From Macrostomum lignano (taxonomy: Eukaryota), in assembly GCA_002269645.1 (NCBI GenBank), contig NIVC01000760.1, forward strand, positions 65,972 to 129,971: a DNA stretch of 64,000 nt. Direction: 5' to 3'. The notes under the pieces were generated by a model. That model searched no databases. It had not been told where the DNA came from and saw only the letters and a list, made by a program, of their open reading frames with translations. A program made the position numbers and the translations under genes. This document shows, in pieces, positions 30,950 to 43,869 of this stretch (its first letter is position 1; each line of letters starts with the position of its first letter).

Positions 30950-33900
30950 TCAGTCTTCGATGGCTTTAACAAAAATTTCAGAGTAAGGCTGCTTCTGACG
31001 CAGATGAACTCGACGCTGTTTGGCCAACTCTGTGCGCAAAACAATAAGTAAAACTGTTTGTGCCTTGATTTGCTACAAATGCTGACTTAAGTAGACATGC
31101 AAGGAAAAAGTTTACAAAACAGAGAGACTGGGTGAAAGGGGAGACTCGGATAATTAAGGAGATTGGGAAGAATAAGAGAATGGGAAGATTAGGAGAATGG
31201 GAAGATTGGGAGAATGGGAAGATTGGGAGAATGGGAAGATTAGGAGAATGGGAAGATTGGGAGAATGGGAAGAATAGGAGAATGGGAAGATTGGGAGAAT
31301 GGGAAGAATAAGAGAATGGGAAGAATAGGAGAATGGGAAGATTGGGAGAATGGGAAGATTGGGAGAATGGGAAGAATAGGAGAATGGGAAGAATAGGAGA
31401 ATGGGAAGATTGGGAGAATGGGAAGAATAGGAGAATGGGAAGAATAGGAGAATGGGAAGAATAGGGAGAATGGAAAGAATAGGAGAATGGGAGGACTGGG
31501 AGAATGAGAAGATTGGAAGAATGGGAAGATTGGAAGAATGGGAGGATTAGAAGAATTGGAAGAATAGGAGAATGGGAAGATTGGGAGAATTGAGGGATAG
31601 AGAGAATCGAGGAGATGGGGATAATGGGGAGTTTAGGAGAATTGAGAATTGGGAGATCTGGAAGTTTGAGACGGTGAGACTTTAAGAGGAAAAATGAATA
31701 AATCAGAAATGAATAAAACAAGTCTCACCAAGCAGGCCGGCAAAAGCTCTGGCAGCCTCTTTCTTTGTAGCGCCATTGGGCGGGCACAGCGACGCGAACG
31801 GCCGATAGTCGTCGCCAATCTCGCTGCCGCTGTCAGCCTGTTGCTGTTGAGACCGGCGAATTCCCTCCATCAACAGCTCCTGGTCTTGCGAAAGCGGTGG
31901 TCTGCAATCGAATTAAGTACATGCTGCACTTTGCCAAAGTTAAAGAATTAATTAATAAACTGCTTTGCTGTTTTAAATACTCAAATAGCCGCCCTCAGAC
32001 CCGGGTGTTACAAAAAACAGTCCAGGCTTGTTAAAAATTTCACCCCATCTGATCTCAAGCCAATCTTCGATTATTAATTAACCGTAGATTGACGAAATCA
32101 TAACTAATTGGGACGCACTCCGATATCATCAGTGGGCGGATGTTATTAAAAAAACGCCATTTTTTACCGATAGGTCAATCCAATCTACAGATTAGTCAAT
32201 CCAATCTACAGATTGGTCAAACCAGTCTACAGATTGGTCAATCCAATCTACAGATTAGTCAATCCAGTCTACCGATTGGTCAATCCAATCTACAGATTGG
32301 TCAAACCAGTCTACACATTGGTCAATCTAATCTACAGATTTGTCAATCTAATCTACAGATCGGTCGATACAATCTAAATATTGGCCTAAAAATGACGAAC
32401 CTTTCGGCTACAAACGAAGCGAAAACCTCTTCCGGCGGTGGTGGCGGCTGCAGAAAAAAATCTTCAAAAGCAGGCGGCGCCGGCTGCTGAGCGGGTGGCG
32501 TCATCATTGGAGGCTCTGGCTGCTGCTGCTGCTGAGGCTCCGGTTCCGGCGGCTGCTGCTGCGGCTGCTCAGCTTCCGGTGGCACGGCTTCCGACTGGAT
32601 AACGGTGGGCACCTGGACGCGTTCCTCGCTAATTCGGGGCAGATTCTGACCGGACTGCATGGATATTGTGGACATGTTGAGGCCCGAGAGCCGGGCACTG
32701 GGTCGGCCGCCAGCGGACAGTCGGGGCAGCTCATAATCAAGCAGTTCCTAGTATAGGGAATAGTTGAATGAAAGCTTGAGAATGTATAGGCTAATTATAA
32801 CCTCGACCGAGATGTCAACGTAACTTTCAATTAGACTCAGAACTTGCTCATTAGATCCCAGATTCCAATATCCCACTCCCACAAACCCAAAATCTTTCAC
32901 TCAATCCCCAATATCCCAACTCAAATATCCCTAACATCCCAATTCACATATCCCTAACATCCCAATTCACATATCCCCAACATCCCAACTAAAAAATCAC
33001 CAAGATAACAACTCAAATATCCCCAATATCCCAACTCACAGATCCCCAATATCCCAACTAAAAAATCCCCAATATCCCAGCTCAAAGATCCCCAATATCC
33101 CAACTCAGATCTCCAATATCCCAACTTAAATATCCCCAATATCCCAACTTAAATATCCCCAATATCCCAACTTGATTATCCCCAATATCCCAACTCAAAT
33201 ATCCCCAATATCCCAACTCAAATATCCCCAATATCCCAACTCAAATATCCCCAATATCCCAACTCAAATATCCCTAACATCCCAATTCAAATATCCCTAA
33301 CATCCCAACTCAAAAATCACCAAGATAACAACTCAAATATCCCCAATATCCCAACTCAGATCTCCAATATCCCAACTCAAAGATCCCCAATATCCCAACT
33401 AAAAAATCCCCAATATCCTAACTCAAACTTGAATATCCCCAATATCCCAACTCAAATATCCCCAATATAACAACTTGAATATCCCCAATATCCCAACTCA
33501 AATATCCCCAATATCCCAACTTGAATATCCCCAATATCCCAACTCAAATATCCCCAATATCCCAACTTGAATATCCCCAATATCCCAACTCAAATATCCC
33601 CAATATCCCAACTCAAATATCCCCAATATCCCAACTCAAATATCCCCAATATCCCAACTCAAAGATCCTCAATATCCTATGCCCAGATCCCAACAGCTGC
33701 GGCACTCACAGGCGGCACATAGTGAGCACTCTCCTCTCGTTTATGCTCCCAGACTCGAAGCAGTTTATCGCTCATTGGTTGCCGACTAGGCCGCAGCAGC
33801 AAGCCGGCCGCATCAACAGTAGACAAAGCCAGAGCTCTCGGACCTTTAGTTGGCGGCGGCAGAGTCAACGGTTTCATCAGCTCGTCGCCGTGATCCATAT

Positions 33901-36900
33901 TCCAGCGCAGCCGGCGGCTATTGTACTCGGTTAGGCCGTCAACAATTAGTAGGCGAGGTTTGGCGTGACGAGGCTGATGAGGCTGCGGCTGCTGCTGCTG
34001 CTGTTGCTGTCTGCGAGGCTGCAGCGGCTGCATTTCAAATTGCAGCACCGGAAAAGCTGGCGGCGGTGGTGGTGGCGGCGGCGGCGAAGTGCGCGGCGGC
34101 TGCTGGTCAGCTGGAGGCTGCATCGGTGGCGGCGACTGGCGATCGGCGGCGCTGGAGTGAGAGGAGACAATTTTCTCATTCAGAGATTCAGTGAAATCTC
34201 ACCCGGAAATTCAGTAGAATCTCACCCAGAGATTCAGTAGAAACGACACCCAGAGATTCAGTAGAATCTCACTCAGAGATTCAGTAGAATCTCATCCGGA
34301 AATTCAGTAGAATCTCACCCAGAGATTCAGTAGAATCTCACTCAGAGATTCAGTAGAATCTCATCCGGAAATTCAGTAGAATCTCACCCAGAGATTCAGT
34401 AGAATCTCACCCAGAGATTCAGTAGAATCTCACCCAGAGATTCAGTAGAATCTCACCCAGAGATTCAGTAGAATCTCACCCAGAGATTCAGTAGAATCTC
34501 ACCCAGAGATTCAGTAGAATCTCACCCAGAGATTCAGTAGAATCTCACCCAGAGATTCAGTAGAATCTCACCCAGAGATTCAGTAGAATCTCACCCAGAG
34601 ATTCAGTAGAATCTCACCCAGAGATTCAGTAGAATCTCACCCAGAGATTTAGTAGAATCTCACCCAGAGATTCAGTAGAATCTCACCCAGAGATTCAGTA
34701 GAATCTCACCCAGAGATTTAGTAGAATCTCACCCAGAGATTCAGTAGAATCTCACCCAGAGATTCAGTAGAATCTCACCCAGAGATTTAGTAGAATCTCA
34801 CCCAGAGATTCAGTAGACACGACACACAACAGTTACAGACGAGACACTCACGACACAATAGACACTCCCCCGGGCAGTCCAGCGGCCTGTGGCAATTCCG
34901 CCGTAACATCTCTGGGCAATTCAACTTCCATAGCCGTGGAAGTTGCGGCAGTAGTAGCAGGTGGCGTAGCCGGCAGTTCAACCTGGGGCTGGTCACCAGC
35001 CGCTGGTTCCGGCTGCTGCTGCTGCTGCTCTTCCATTGCTGGCAGATCTTCTTCCGCTTTTCGTTTGCCCCGACGAGTAACTCGTTCGGGCAGCTGCTCC
35101 AGCTCCGGCTGCTGCTCCCGCTGTTGCAGCATCTCTTCTTCATCGCGTTGCTGCTGCTGCTGCTCTTGCTGCTCTTGCTGTTGCTGCTGTTCGCACAGCA
35201 ATCGTTCGAAATCACCGGCCGGAAACAGCAGACGTTCGCCAGCCTTCAATCGATCGAACATGGCGCTCAGATCCAGCGGGGGAATGTCCGCTTCCGGTAG
35301 CGAGGGCAGCTCCTCTTCCGGCGGCTGCTGCTGTAGGTTTATTGGGAAAGGCGATTTCTCTCTGGTAGGTTTATTGGGAAAGGCGATTTCTCTCTGGTAG
35401 GTTTATTGGGACAGGCGATTTCTCTCTGGTAGGTTTATTGGGAAAGGCGATTTCTCTCTGGTAGGTTTATTGGGACAGGCGATTTCTCTCTGGTAGGTTT
35501 ATTGGGAAAGGGGATTTCTCTCTAGTAGGTATATTGGGAAAGGCGATTTCTCTCTGGTAGGTTTATTGGGACAGGCGATTTCTCTCTGGTAGATGTATTG
35601 GGACAGGCGATTTCTCTCTGGTAGGTATATTGGGACAGGCGATTTCTCTCTGGTAGATTTATTGGGAAAGGCGATTTCTCTCTGGTAGGTTTATTGGGAA
35701 AGGCGATTTCTCTCTGGTAGGTTTATTGGGACAGGCGATTTCTCTCTGGTAGGTTTATTGGGACAGGAGATTTCTCTCTGGTAGATTTATTGGGACAGGC
35801 GATTTCTCTCTGGTAGGTTTATTGGGACAGGCGATTTCTCTCTGGTAGGTTTATTGGGACAGGCGATTTCTCTCTGGTAGGTTTATTGGGACAGGCGATT
35901 TCTCTCTGGTAGATGTATTGGGACAGGCGATTTCTCTCTGGTAGGTTTATTGAGAAAGGGGATTTCTCTCTAGTAGGTATATTGGGAAAGGCGATTTCTC
36001 TCTCGTAGGATTATTGGGAAAGGCGATTTCTCTCTGGTAGGTATATTGGGACAGGCGATTTCTCTCTGGTATGTTTATTGGGAAAGGCGATTTCTCTCTG
36101 GTGATTAAAAGTGAATTGATTAAAGCTTAAAAATTTGGCTAACTCTTGTAAAACCAAACTTTTTCTTTACCTCACCGCCTGCGCCATCGCGTCGCCTCTG
36201 ACGTGACACCCGCGGCGTCAGAGTGGTGTGAATTTCGGCGCTGGTTCTGCCCCCAAAGTCTTTGGAGGGAGAAATGCCAGAAACGGCGCCACTGCCTGCG
36301 GCCGAGTCGGCGCCAATTAGAATTGACTGGCTGGCCGAGGGCTCCAGAGCGAAGCTCGTGTCCAAGATTGTGATGTCCTCCTGGCGGGCCGTGAACCTGG
36401 GGTGGTGACAGGTGGCGGCTACTGAGGATCTGTGAAGCGGGCTGAGAATCTGGGAGGCTGGCAGAGGTTCTGAGGATCAGGGAGGCTGGCCCAGAAACTG
36501 AGGATCTGGGAGGCTGGCCCAGCAACTGAGGATCTGGGAGGCTGGCCCAGCAACTGAGGATCTGGGAGGCTGGCCCAGCAACTGAGGATCCGGGAGGCTG
36601 GCCCAGCAACTGAGGATCTGGGAGGCTGGCCCAGCAACTGACACTCTGGGAGGCTGGCCCAGCAACTGAGGATCTGGGAGGCTGGCCCAGCAACTGAGGA
36701 TCTGGGAGGCTGGCCCAGCAACTGAGGATCTGGGAGGCTGGCCCAGCAACTGAGGATCCGGGAGGCTGGCCCAGAAACTGAGGATCTGGGAGGCTGGCCC
36801 AGCAACTGAGGATCTGGGAGGCTGGCCCAGCAACTGAGGATCTGGGAGGCTGGCCTAGCAACTGAAGATCTGGGAGGCTGGCCCAGCAACTGAGGATCTG

Positions 36901-39900
36901 GGAGGCTGGCCCAGCAACTGAAGATCTGGGAGGCTGGCCCAGCAACTGAGGATCTGGGAGGCTGGCCCAGCAACTGAAGATCTGGGAGGCTGGCCCAGCA
37001 ACTGAGGATCTGGGAGGCTGGCCCAGCAACTGAAGATCTGGGAGGCTGGCCCAGCAACTGAGGATCTGGGAGGCTGGCCCAGCATCTGAGGATCTGGGAG
37101 GCTGGCTCAGCAACTGAGGATCTGGGAGGCTGGCCCAGCAACTGAGGATCCGGGAGGCTGGTCCAGCAACTGAGGATCTGGGAGGCTGGCCCAGCAACTG
37201 AGGATCTGGGAGGCTGGTCCAGCAACTGAGGATCTGGGAGGCTGGCCCAGCAACTGAGGATCTGGGAGGCTGGCCCAGCAACTGAGGATCCGGGAGGCTG
37301 GCCCAGCAACTGAGGATCTGGGAGGCTGGTCCAGCAACTGAGGATCTGGGAGGCTGGTCCAGCAACTGAGGATCTGGGAGGCTGGCCCAGCAACTGAGGA
37401 TCTGGGAGGCTGGCCCAGCAACTGAGGATCTGGGAGGCTGGCCCAGCAACTGAGGATCCGGGAGGCTGGCCCAGCAACTGAGGATCCGGGAGGCTGGCCC
37501 AGCAACTGAGGATCCGGGAGGCTGGCCCAGCAACTGAGGATCCGGGAGGCTGGCCCAGCAACTGAGGATCCGGGAGGCTGGCCCAGAAACTGAGGATCTG
37601 GGAGGCTGGCCCAGAAACTGAGGATCTGGGAGGCTGGCCCAGCAACTGAGGATCTGGGAGGCTGGCCCAGCAACTGAGGATCTGGGAGGCTGGCCCAGCA
37701 ACTGAGGATCTGGGAGGCTGGCCCAGCAACTGAGGATCCGGGAGGCTGGCCCAGAAACTGAGGATCTGGGAGGCTGGCCCAGCAACTGAGGATCTGGGAG
37801 GCTGGCCCAGCAACTGAGGATCTGGGAGGCTGGCCCAGCAACTGAGGATCTGGGAGGCTGGCCCAGATACTGAGGATCTGGGAGGCTGGCCCAGCAACTG
37901 AGGATCTGGGAGGCTGGCCCAGCAACTGAGGATCTGGGAGGCTGGCCCAGCAACTGAGGATCTGGGAGGCTGGCCCAGCAACTGAGGATCCGGGAGGCTG
38001 GCCCAGCAACTGAGGATCTGGGAGGCTGGCCCAGCAACTGAGGATCCGGGAGGCACATCAAACGCATTTCCATGAAACAGCAGAAACCAGCTGACCTAGC
38101 AAAGGAGGAGGACTCAGCCCGGCCGGCACGGTTGCCCCCGCCGCCGCGGCGCAGCTCGGAGAACTCCAGATCTTCCGGCAGGCTGAGTCGCATCAGCTCC
38201 ATTGGTGGCTGTTCGTCGGCGCCGGTGAAATCGGCGGCAGAAAACGACTGCAACTGTTGGAGTTGGCGAAGGTCGACCCCGGCAGCGTCGGCAACCAGGG
38301 AGATGTCCAATTCGTATTGCTGATTATGGGCGGCCGAGCTAGCCTTGCCAGTTGGTCTGCATTTTTTTAGATTTAAAATAATATCATCTTGTGGAAGGGC
38401 TGAGCACATGTACATTGGAGTAGGGGGAGGCACATGTACATTGAAGTAGGGGGAGGGCACATGTACATTGGGGTAGGAGGGCACATGTACATTGAAGTAG
38501 GGGGGCTCATGTACATTGAAGTAGGGGGGGCACATGTACATTGAAGTAGGGGGGGGGCACATGTACATTGAAGTAGGGGGGCAAATGTACATTAAAGTAG
38601 GGGGGAGGGCACATGTACATTGGGGTAGGAGGGCACATGTACATTGGGGTAGGAGGGCACATGTACATTGGGGTAGGAGGGCACATGTACATTGGGGTAG
38701 GAGGGCACATGTACATTGGGGTAGGAGGGCACATGTACATTGGGGTAGGAGGGCACATGTACATTGGGGTAGGAGGGCACATGTACATTAAAGTAGAAGG
38801 TGAAAGAATCGTAGGACAGACCAATATGTACATTAGGGTAAGGAGCCGATGGGCTAGACAAAAGTACGAAGGGCTAGGCAGGAGTGGAAGGGCTGGGCAC
38901 ATGTACATTGGGGTAAGGAGTGGAAGGGCTGGGCACATGTACATTGGGGTAAGGAGTTGAAGGGCTGGGCACATGTACATTGGGGTAGGAATGGAGTCTT
39001 CCCACATAACTTAAATGCTAATTTGCGTTATTTTCATGTTTATGATGAACAAAATATTATTAAACCAATCACCAATAAATAAAAACAAATAAACCGAGCA
39101 AATACACTATCTTGTGTTTCGCGAACAAAGTTAGCAAAAGGTGCTATTATTTATAACTAAAAAAACTTTACAATGTATACTCTTTACATTCGTTGAACTA
39201 AATTGCAAAATAACAAATAAAAATTTTGAACAGAACTTAAACATCTTAACAGAGAAGCGAACAAGCAAACCTTTTAACGTCTGGTCGCCAAGAGCGACAG
39301 CAGCGTCTGTAGAACTCGGCTGTTTCCTCTATAGAGGATTATTTAATAGTATTAAAAAAGGAAATTAAAAATAGTCAATGGAGCGAAAAGCGAATTCTTG
39401 TTTAGGGTAATTTAATTTAGTACATTGCAGATATGTACTATTTGGAGCATGTACATTTTTTTATACGAGCGCACTATTATGTCAGTTTAGATTGTAGGCA
39501 TGTACCATTGGGTGAGTGTACATTGTAGGTATGTACCATTGGGTGAGTGTACATTGTAGGTATGTACCATTGGGTGAGTGTACATTGTAGGTATGTACTA
39601 TTGGGTGAGTGTACATTGTAGGTATGTACTATTGGGTGAGTGTACATTGTAGGTACATGTATGTACCATTGGGTGAGTGTACATTGTAGGTATGTACTAT
39701 TGGGTGAGTGTACATTGTAGGTATGTACCATTGGGTGAGTGTACATTGTAGGTATGTACTATTGGGTGAGTGTACATTGTAGGTATGTACTATTGGGTGA
39801 GTGTAAATTGTAGGTATGTACTATTGGGTGAGTGTACATTGTAGGTATGTACTATTGGGTGAGTGTACATTGTAGGTATGTACTATTGGGTGAGTGTACA

Positions 39901-40482
39901 TTGTAGGTATGTACTATTGGGTGAGTGTACATTGTAGGTATGTACTATTGGGTGAGTGTACATTGTAGGTATGTACTATTGGGTGAGTGTACATTGTAGA
40001 GCATGCAATTTTAGGTGTGTAAATTTTAAATACGAGTTCTTGCATGACTAGAGTGAAATTCAGGTAAGGCCGATAAAAAGCAAACTGTTTAAAATCGATA
40101 GTAAGAAGTAATTACAACACAACAAAATAAAAAAGAACTTACTTTCAAGCCAGACGACCTTCAATTGAAACACAACACAGGCGCCGTTCATCAAAAGGGC
40201 GCTTAAATAGAGTGAGAATTTTTTACTGCGCTGCTCGCAAATCTCCGCCAACAGTTCCTGGCTGTGGATTTATTAAATAAGTGCCGATATGTAGTGTAAA
40301 TAACATTGTGGCTTGAAATTTAAAGCTAAGAAATATAACTGTTGTATAATTCGGACTCACCAAGTGACGCTAATATCGCAGCTGAGAACATCGCGCGGCT
40401 TAATTGATTGACGGGTCGCGCCCAGCCAGATTAGAGCAAATTTGCCCTTCTTAACCGATAACAATTCGTGATTGTAGAACAT
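30950..40482 (-). CDS. REC8: Meiotic cohesin alpha-kleisin REC8, 9 exons: 40482-40361, 40261-40143, 38387-38096, 36396-36171, 35330-34852, 34151-33710, 32747-32401, 31901-31729, 31029-30950 (2280 nt, 759 aa)
   Basis: N-terminus MFYNHELLSVKKGKFALIWLGATRQ...CQELL...KFSLYLSALLMNG matches the Rad21/Rec8 N-domain, and the FSLYLSA motif favours Rec8 over Rad21. Also FTARQEDITI, the central LLIVDGLTEY...LTLPPPTK motif and a C-terminal winged helix FASLCPPNGATKKEAARAFAGLLELAKQRRVHLRQKQPYSEIFV. All 8 introns are GT-AG with matching phases. Confidence 0.9.
31150..31660. repeat. 18-bp GGGAAGATTGGGAGAAT-type array, REC8 intron 8
   Basis: Direct inspection. Confidence 0.85.
32170..32380. repeat. 21-bp ATCCAATCTACAGATTGGTCA array, REC8 intron 7
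   Basis: Direct inspection. Confidence 0.85.
32860..33680. repeat. 23-bp ATATCCCCAATATCCCAACTCAA array, REC8 intron 6
   Basis: Period 23. Confidence 0.9.
34180..34815. repeat. 23-bp GAGATTCAGTAGAATCTCACCCA array, REC8 intron 5
   Basis: Period 23. Confidence 0.95.
35334..36100. repeat. 32-bp TTTCTCTCTGGTAGGTTTATTGGGAAAGGCGA array, REC8 intron 4
   Basis: Period 32. Confidence 0.95.
36430..38055 (-). repeat. 28-bp minisatellite family copy 3, REC8 intron 3
   Basis: About 58 units; source of the 806-aa and 545-aa false ORFs. Confidence 0.95.
38400..39000. repeat. 24-bp CATGTACATTGGGGTAGGAGGGCA array, REC8 intron 2
   Basis: Period 24. Confidence 0.9.
39490..40000. repeat. 31-bp GTACATTGTAGGTATGTACTATTGGGTGAGT array, REC8 intron 2
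   Basis: Period 31. Confidence 0.95.
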
Positions 40483-40582
40483 TTTCGATTTTTATGGCAT
40501 GCATTAAAAATGAGCTTCTTGCTAATCATAACTACTTATACTCGTAGATAGCAGTAAACGGTTTTTGTCATTATTATTTATT

Positions 40583-40655
40583 CTGAGAAAAAAAAGCTGT
40601 TTTGCAAAAAAATAATTAAGTTGGGAGGCAACAATTATTGACTTTCTTGTTTATT
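40583..40655 (-). promoter_or_regulatory. Candidate poly(A) signal of ANKZF1 followed by a candidate trans-splice acceptor for REC8
   Basis: Minus-strand AATAAA at 40655-40650. CTTTTTTTTCTCAG acceptor ends at 40583, 100 nt before the REC8 ATG. Confidence 0.45.
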
Positions 40656-41164
40656 CATTAAAGAAAACGATCTGCCCTACACCACACTGACACAAAACAG
40701 CAAAACAAATTGCAAGAAAGTCGGAGAAGTCGGAAGCAATCCAAGTATTAAAACACTTATTTAAATAATTATCACAATATACTCCATCAAACAACTTAAA
40801 ATAATATTGTTAAGTACCCTGAATAATTGTCAAGGTTTTCTTTACGGTAAATACGAATACATATTATTAATTATTTTTTCATCACTCTACTAGCAGTAGT
40901 CTCGGCGGCAGTTTTATCCCGATGTCTGCGCAGGCAATTAGTAGAACAGAATTCGTATCGATCGTAGTGAAACGGTACTTTGCCAGTGATATCGGCGGCG
41001 CATTGAAAGCAGCGCGACAGAATCAGCGGCTTCTGATTGGTGCCGCCCGCAGACTGTTGAGACGCCGCCGCTGCCGCTAGAAGACGCCGTTCGGCGGCCA
41101 GAGCCATCTTCTGGGTGTCGCTAAGAGTCTAAAAAATGTAAAAATTTGACGCTTATAAAAAATC

Positions 41165-42095
41165 ATAATGACACCTGTATGACACCAATCATGACATCTG
41201 TGACACCAATCATGACACCTGTATGACACCAATCATGACATCTGTGACACCAATCATGACATCTGTGACACCAATCATGACACCTGTGACACCAATCATG
41301 ACACCTGTATGACACCAATCATAATGACACCTGTATGACACCAATCATAATGACACCTGTATGACACCAATCATAATGACACCTGTATGACACCAATCAT
41401 AATGACACCTGTATGACACCAATCATAATGACACCTGTGTGACACCAATCATGACATCTGTGACACCAATCATGACACCTGTGACACCAATCATGACACC
41501 TGTATGACACCAATCATAATGACACCTGTATGACACCAATCATAATGACACCTGTATGACACCAATCATAATGACACCTGTGTGACACCAATCATGACAT
41601 CTGTGACACCAATCATGACATCTGTGACACCAATCATGACACCTGTATGACACCAATCATGACATCTGTGACACCAATCATGACACCTGTATGACACCAA
41701 TCATGACATCTGTGACACCAATCATGACACCAATCATGACATCTGTGACACCAATCATGACACCAATCATGACATCTGTGACACCAATCATGACACCTGT
41801 ATGACACCAATCATAATGACACCTGTATGACACCAATCATAATGACACCTGTATGACACCAATCATAATGACACCTGTATGACACCAATCATAATGACAC
41901 CTGTATGACACCAATCATGACACCTGTGACACCAATCAAGACACCTGTGACACCAATCATGACACCTGTGACACCAATCATGACACCTGTATGACACCAA
42001 TCATAATGAAACCTGTATGACACCAATCATGACACCTGTATGGCACCAATCATAATGACACCTGTATGACACCAATCATAATGAAACCTGTATGC
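41165..42095. repeat. ATGACACCAATC / ATGACACCTGT composite array, last ANKZF1 intron
   Basis: Direct inspection. Confidence 0.9.
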
Positions 42096-42714
42096 ATCAC
42101 ATTGGCAACCCGTACCAATACTCTATCAATCCCATTGTACCTGAAACCGCTCTCGTTCGTCGGCCTCAGCCTGAGCCGCCGCTTCGGCCGCCCGTTTCGC
42201 CCGATCCCTGTCCCGTTTAGCCGCTTTAGCCGCCCGCTTTTTATCCGCCTCTTTCAATCGGCGAGCCTCCAACTGTTCAGGAGTCAGCGGCGCGGGAATC
42301 CCGGCCGACGCGTAGTCGTGCCAATCCGGCCGTTTGGCCACAAATTTTCGAAACGCCTCGCGGACAGATTTATTACCAGCCAGCTGATATGGCGTCCGGC
42401 CAGCCAAGTCGCGCTGGCAGGGGTCAGCCCCTGACTCCAGCAGGCTGAGCACTGTCCTGCCGCAGCTGTTTGACGCGGCCAGGTGCAGCAGTGTGGCGCA
42501 TTTCTGACCCAACGGCTGGCGGAGACGCTCGGCCACACTGTCCGGTTCGGAACTCGCCAACTCGGACAGCAACTGGTCCAGAGTTTCCGGATCGGCGCAG
42601 GCCACGGCAGTAAATAGCTGATTCTGGAGGGCCCAGTCGGCTGGCTGGGACGCTTCGGCGCCTGCGGGCTGAGAGCAGTTCAAGGCGACTGCAGTGCGAA
42701 TCCTGGGATGGCCC

Positions 42715-43100
42715 AGCTACTGAGGATCTGGGAGGCTGGCTTAGCAACTGAGGCTCTGGGAGGCTGGCCCAGCAACTGAGGATCTGGGAGGCTGGCCCAG
42801 CAACTGAGGATCTGGGAGGCTGGCTCAGCAACTGACACTCTGGGAGGCTGGCCCAGCAACTGAGGATCAGGGAGGCTGGCCCAGCAACTGAGGATCTGGG
42901 AGGCTGGCTCAGCAACTGACACTCTGGGAGGCTGGCCCAGCAACTGAGGATCAGGGAGGCTGGCCCAGCAACTGAGGATCTGGGAGGCTGGCCCAGCAAC
43001 TGAGGATCTGGGAGGCTGGCTCAGCAACTGAGGATCTGGGAGGCTGGCCCAGCAACTGAGGATCTGGGAGGCTGGCCCAGCAAGTGAGGATCTGGAAGGC
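42715..43100 (-). repeat. 28-bp minisatellite family copy 4, ANKZF1 intron
   Basis: Same unit as the other copies. Confidence 0.95.
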
Positions 43101-43869
43101 AGGCGGCAGCGGCCAAGCAACCGGATGGTTAGTGACAGTCAACAGTCGGATATAAGCTAGCAATCCAGAACAATCAGAGATTACTTAACCAGTATTTGTA
43201 CCTGATCATCATCTCCAGCTTCCAGGGGCTCCTCATCGCAGAGCTGCACTTGAAGGTTGCCATCACCGTTGTCGTCAGTCTTGACCGACTGCTCAGCAAC
43301 CGCAGCAGCCGAAGTAGACGAAGACGAGGATTTCTTCTTCCGCCTAGCAACACCGGAGGGCACCGGGGCCCGGCCGGAATGCCCCTCAGACATTGGAAAC
43401 TGCTGCCGGCGTCTTGTCGGCGGCGATCGATTCTGGCTACTCAATTTCGAGTCATCCTTGATTGAATCTTCCGTTGCTGCTGACTGGTTGCTTGGCAACA
43501 TAGAAGCTGAGTGCCGCTTCAAATACAAATTACCGTCTGGGGATTGGCTGACAATACGAAGGCCGCTCTCGATTCGATTGACCAGCTGTCGGGATTCCGC
43601 CTGGCCAATGGAGGCCGCATCAGCGTCCGAGTCGTAGACGTGCAGGCAGGCGAGCTCACGGTGCACCCGGACCAGCTCGCTGTGAGTTGGCCGCCTGGTG
43701 CTGATTGGGATGCGGCGAACTCGAGGATCTGATCTGATTAGTGCATGCGGTGGGTGATATCAGGGACTAGGAATACAGGTTGTAGATATATTGATCTGCG
43801 CGAAATTGCAGACTTCAGCTTAGATGATGGGGAAAATTTCATACAAATCTCAGTGGAGAGAGACTGGCA

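Noticed and set aside
34180-36100. Regular 23-32-bp repeats resembling CRISPR arrays
   Set aside because: Head-to-tail units with no unique spacers, no cas genes and a eukaryotic intronic context.
36172-38592. 806-aa ORF and other PASQILSCWASLPDPQLLGQPPRSSVAG ORFs (also 2625-3177, 4009-4292, 42424-43163)
   Set aside because: Read-through of the stop-free 28-bp minisatellite. Only 38387-38096 is a real REC8 exon, bounded by splice sites.
30950-40482. Calling the kleisin RAD21
   Set aside because: The FALIWLGATR / CQELL / FSLYLSA motifs match REC8 better than RAD21 (LAKIWLAAHW / ALRTSGHLLLG); a phylogeny would confirm.
42669-42691. Acceptor CTGCAG at 42689 for the ankyrin exon
   Set aside because: Phase 1, incompatible with the phase-0 donor at 43201; CTCTCAG at 42669 fits instead.
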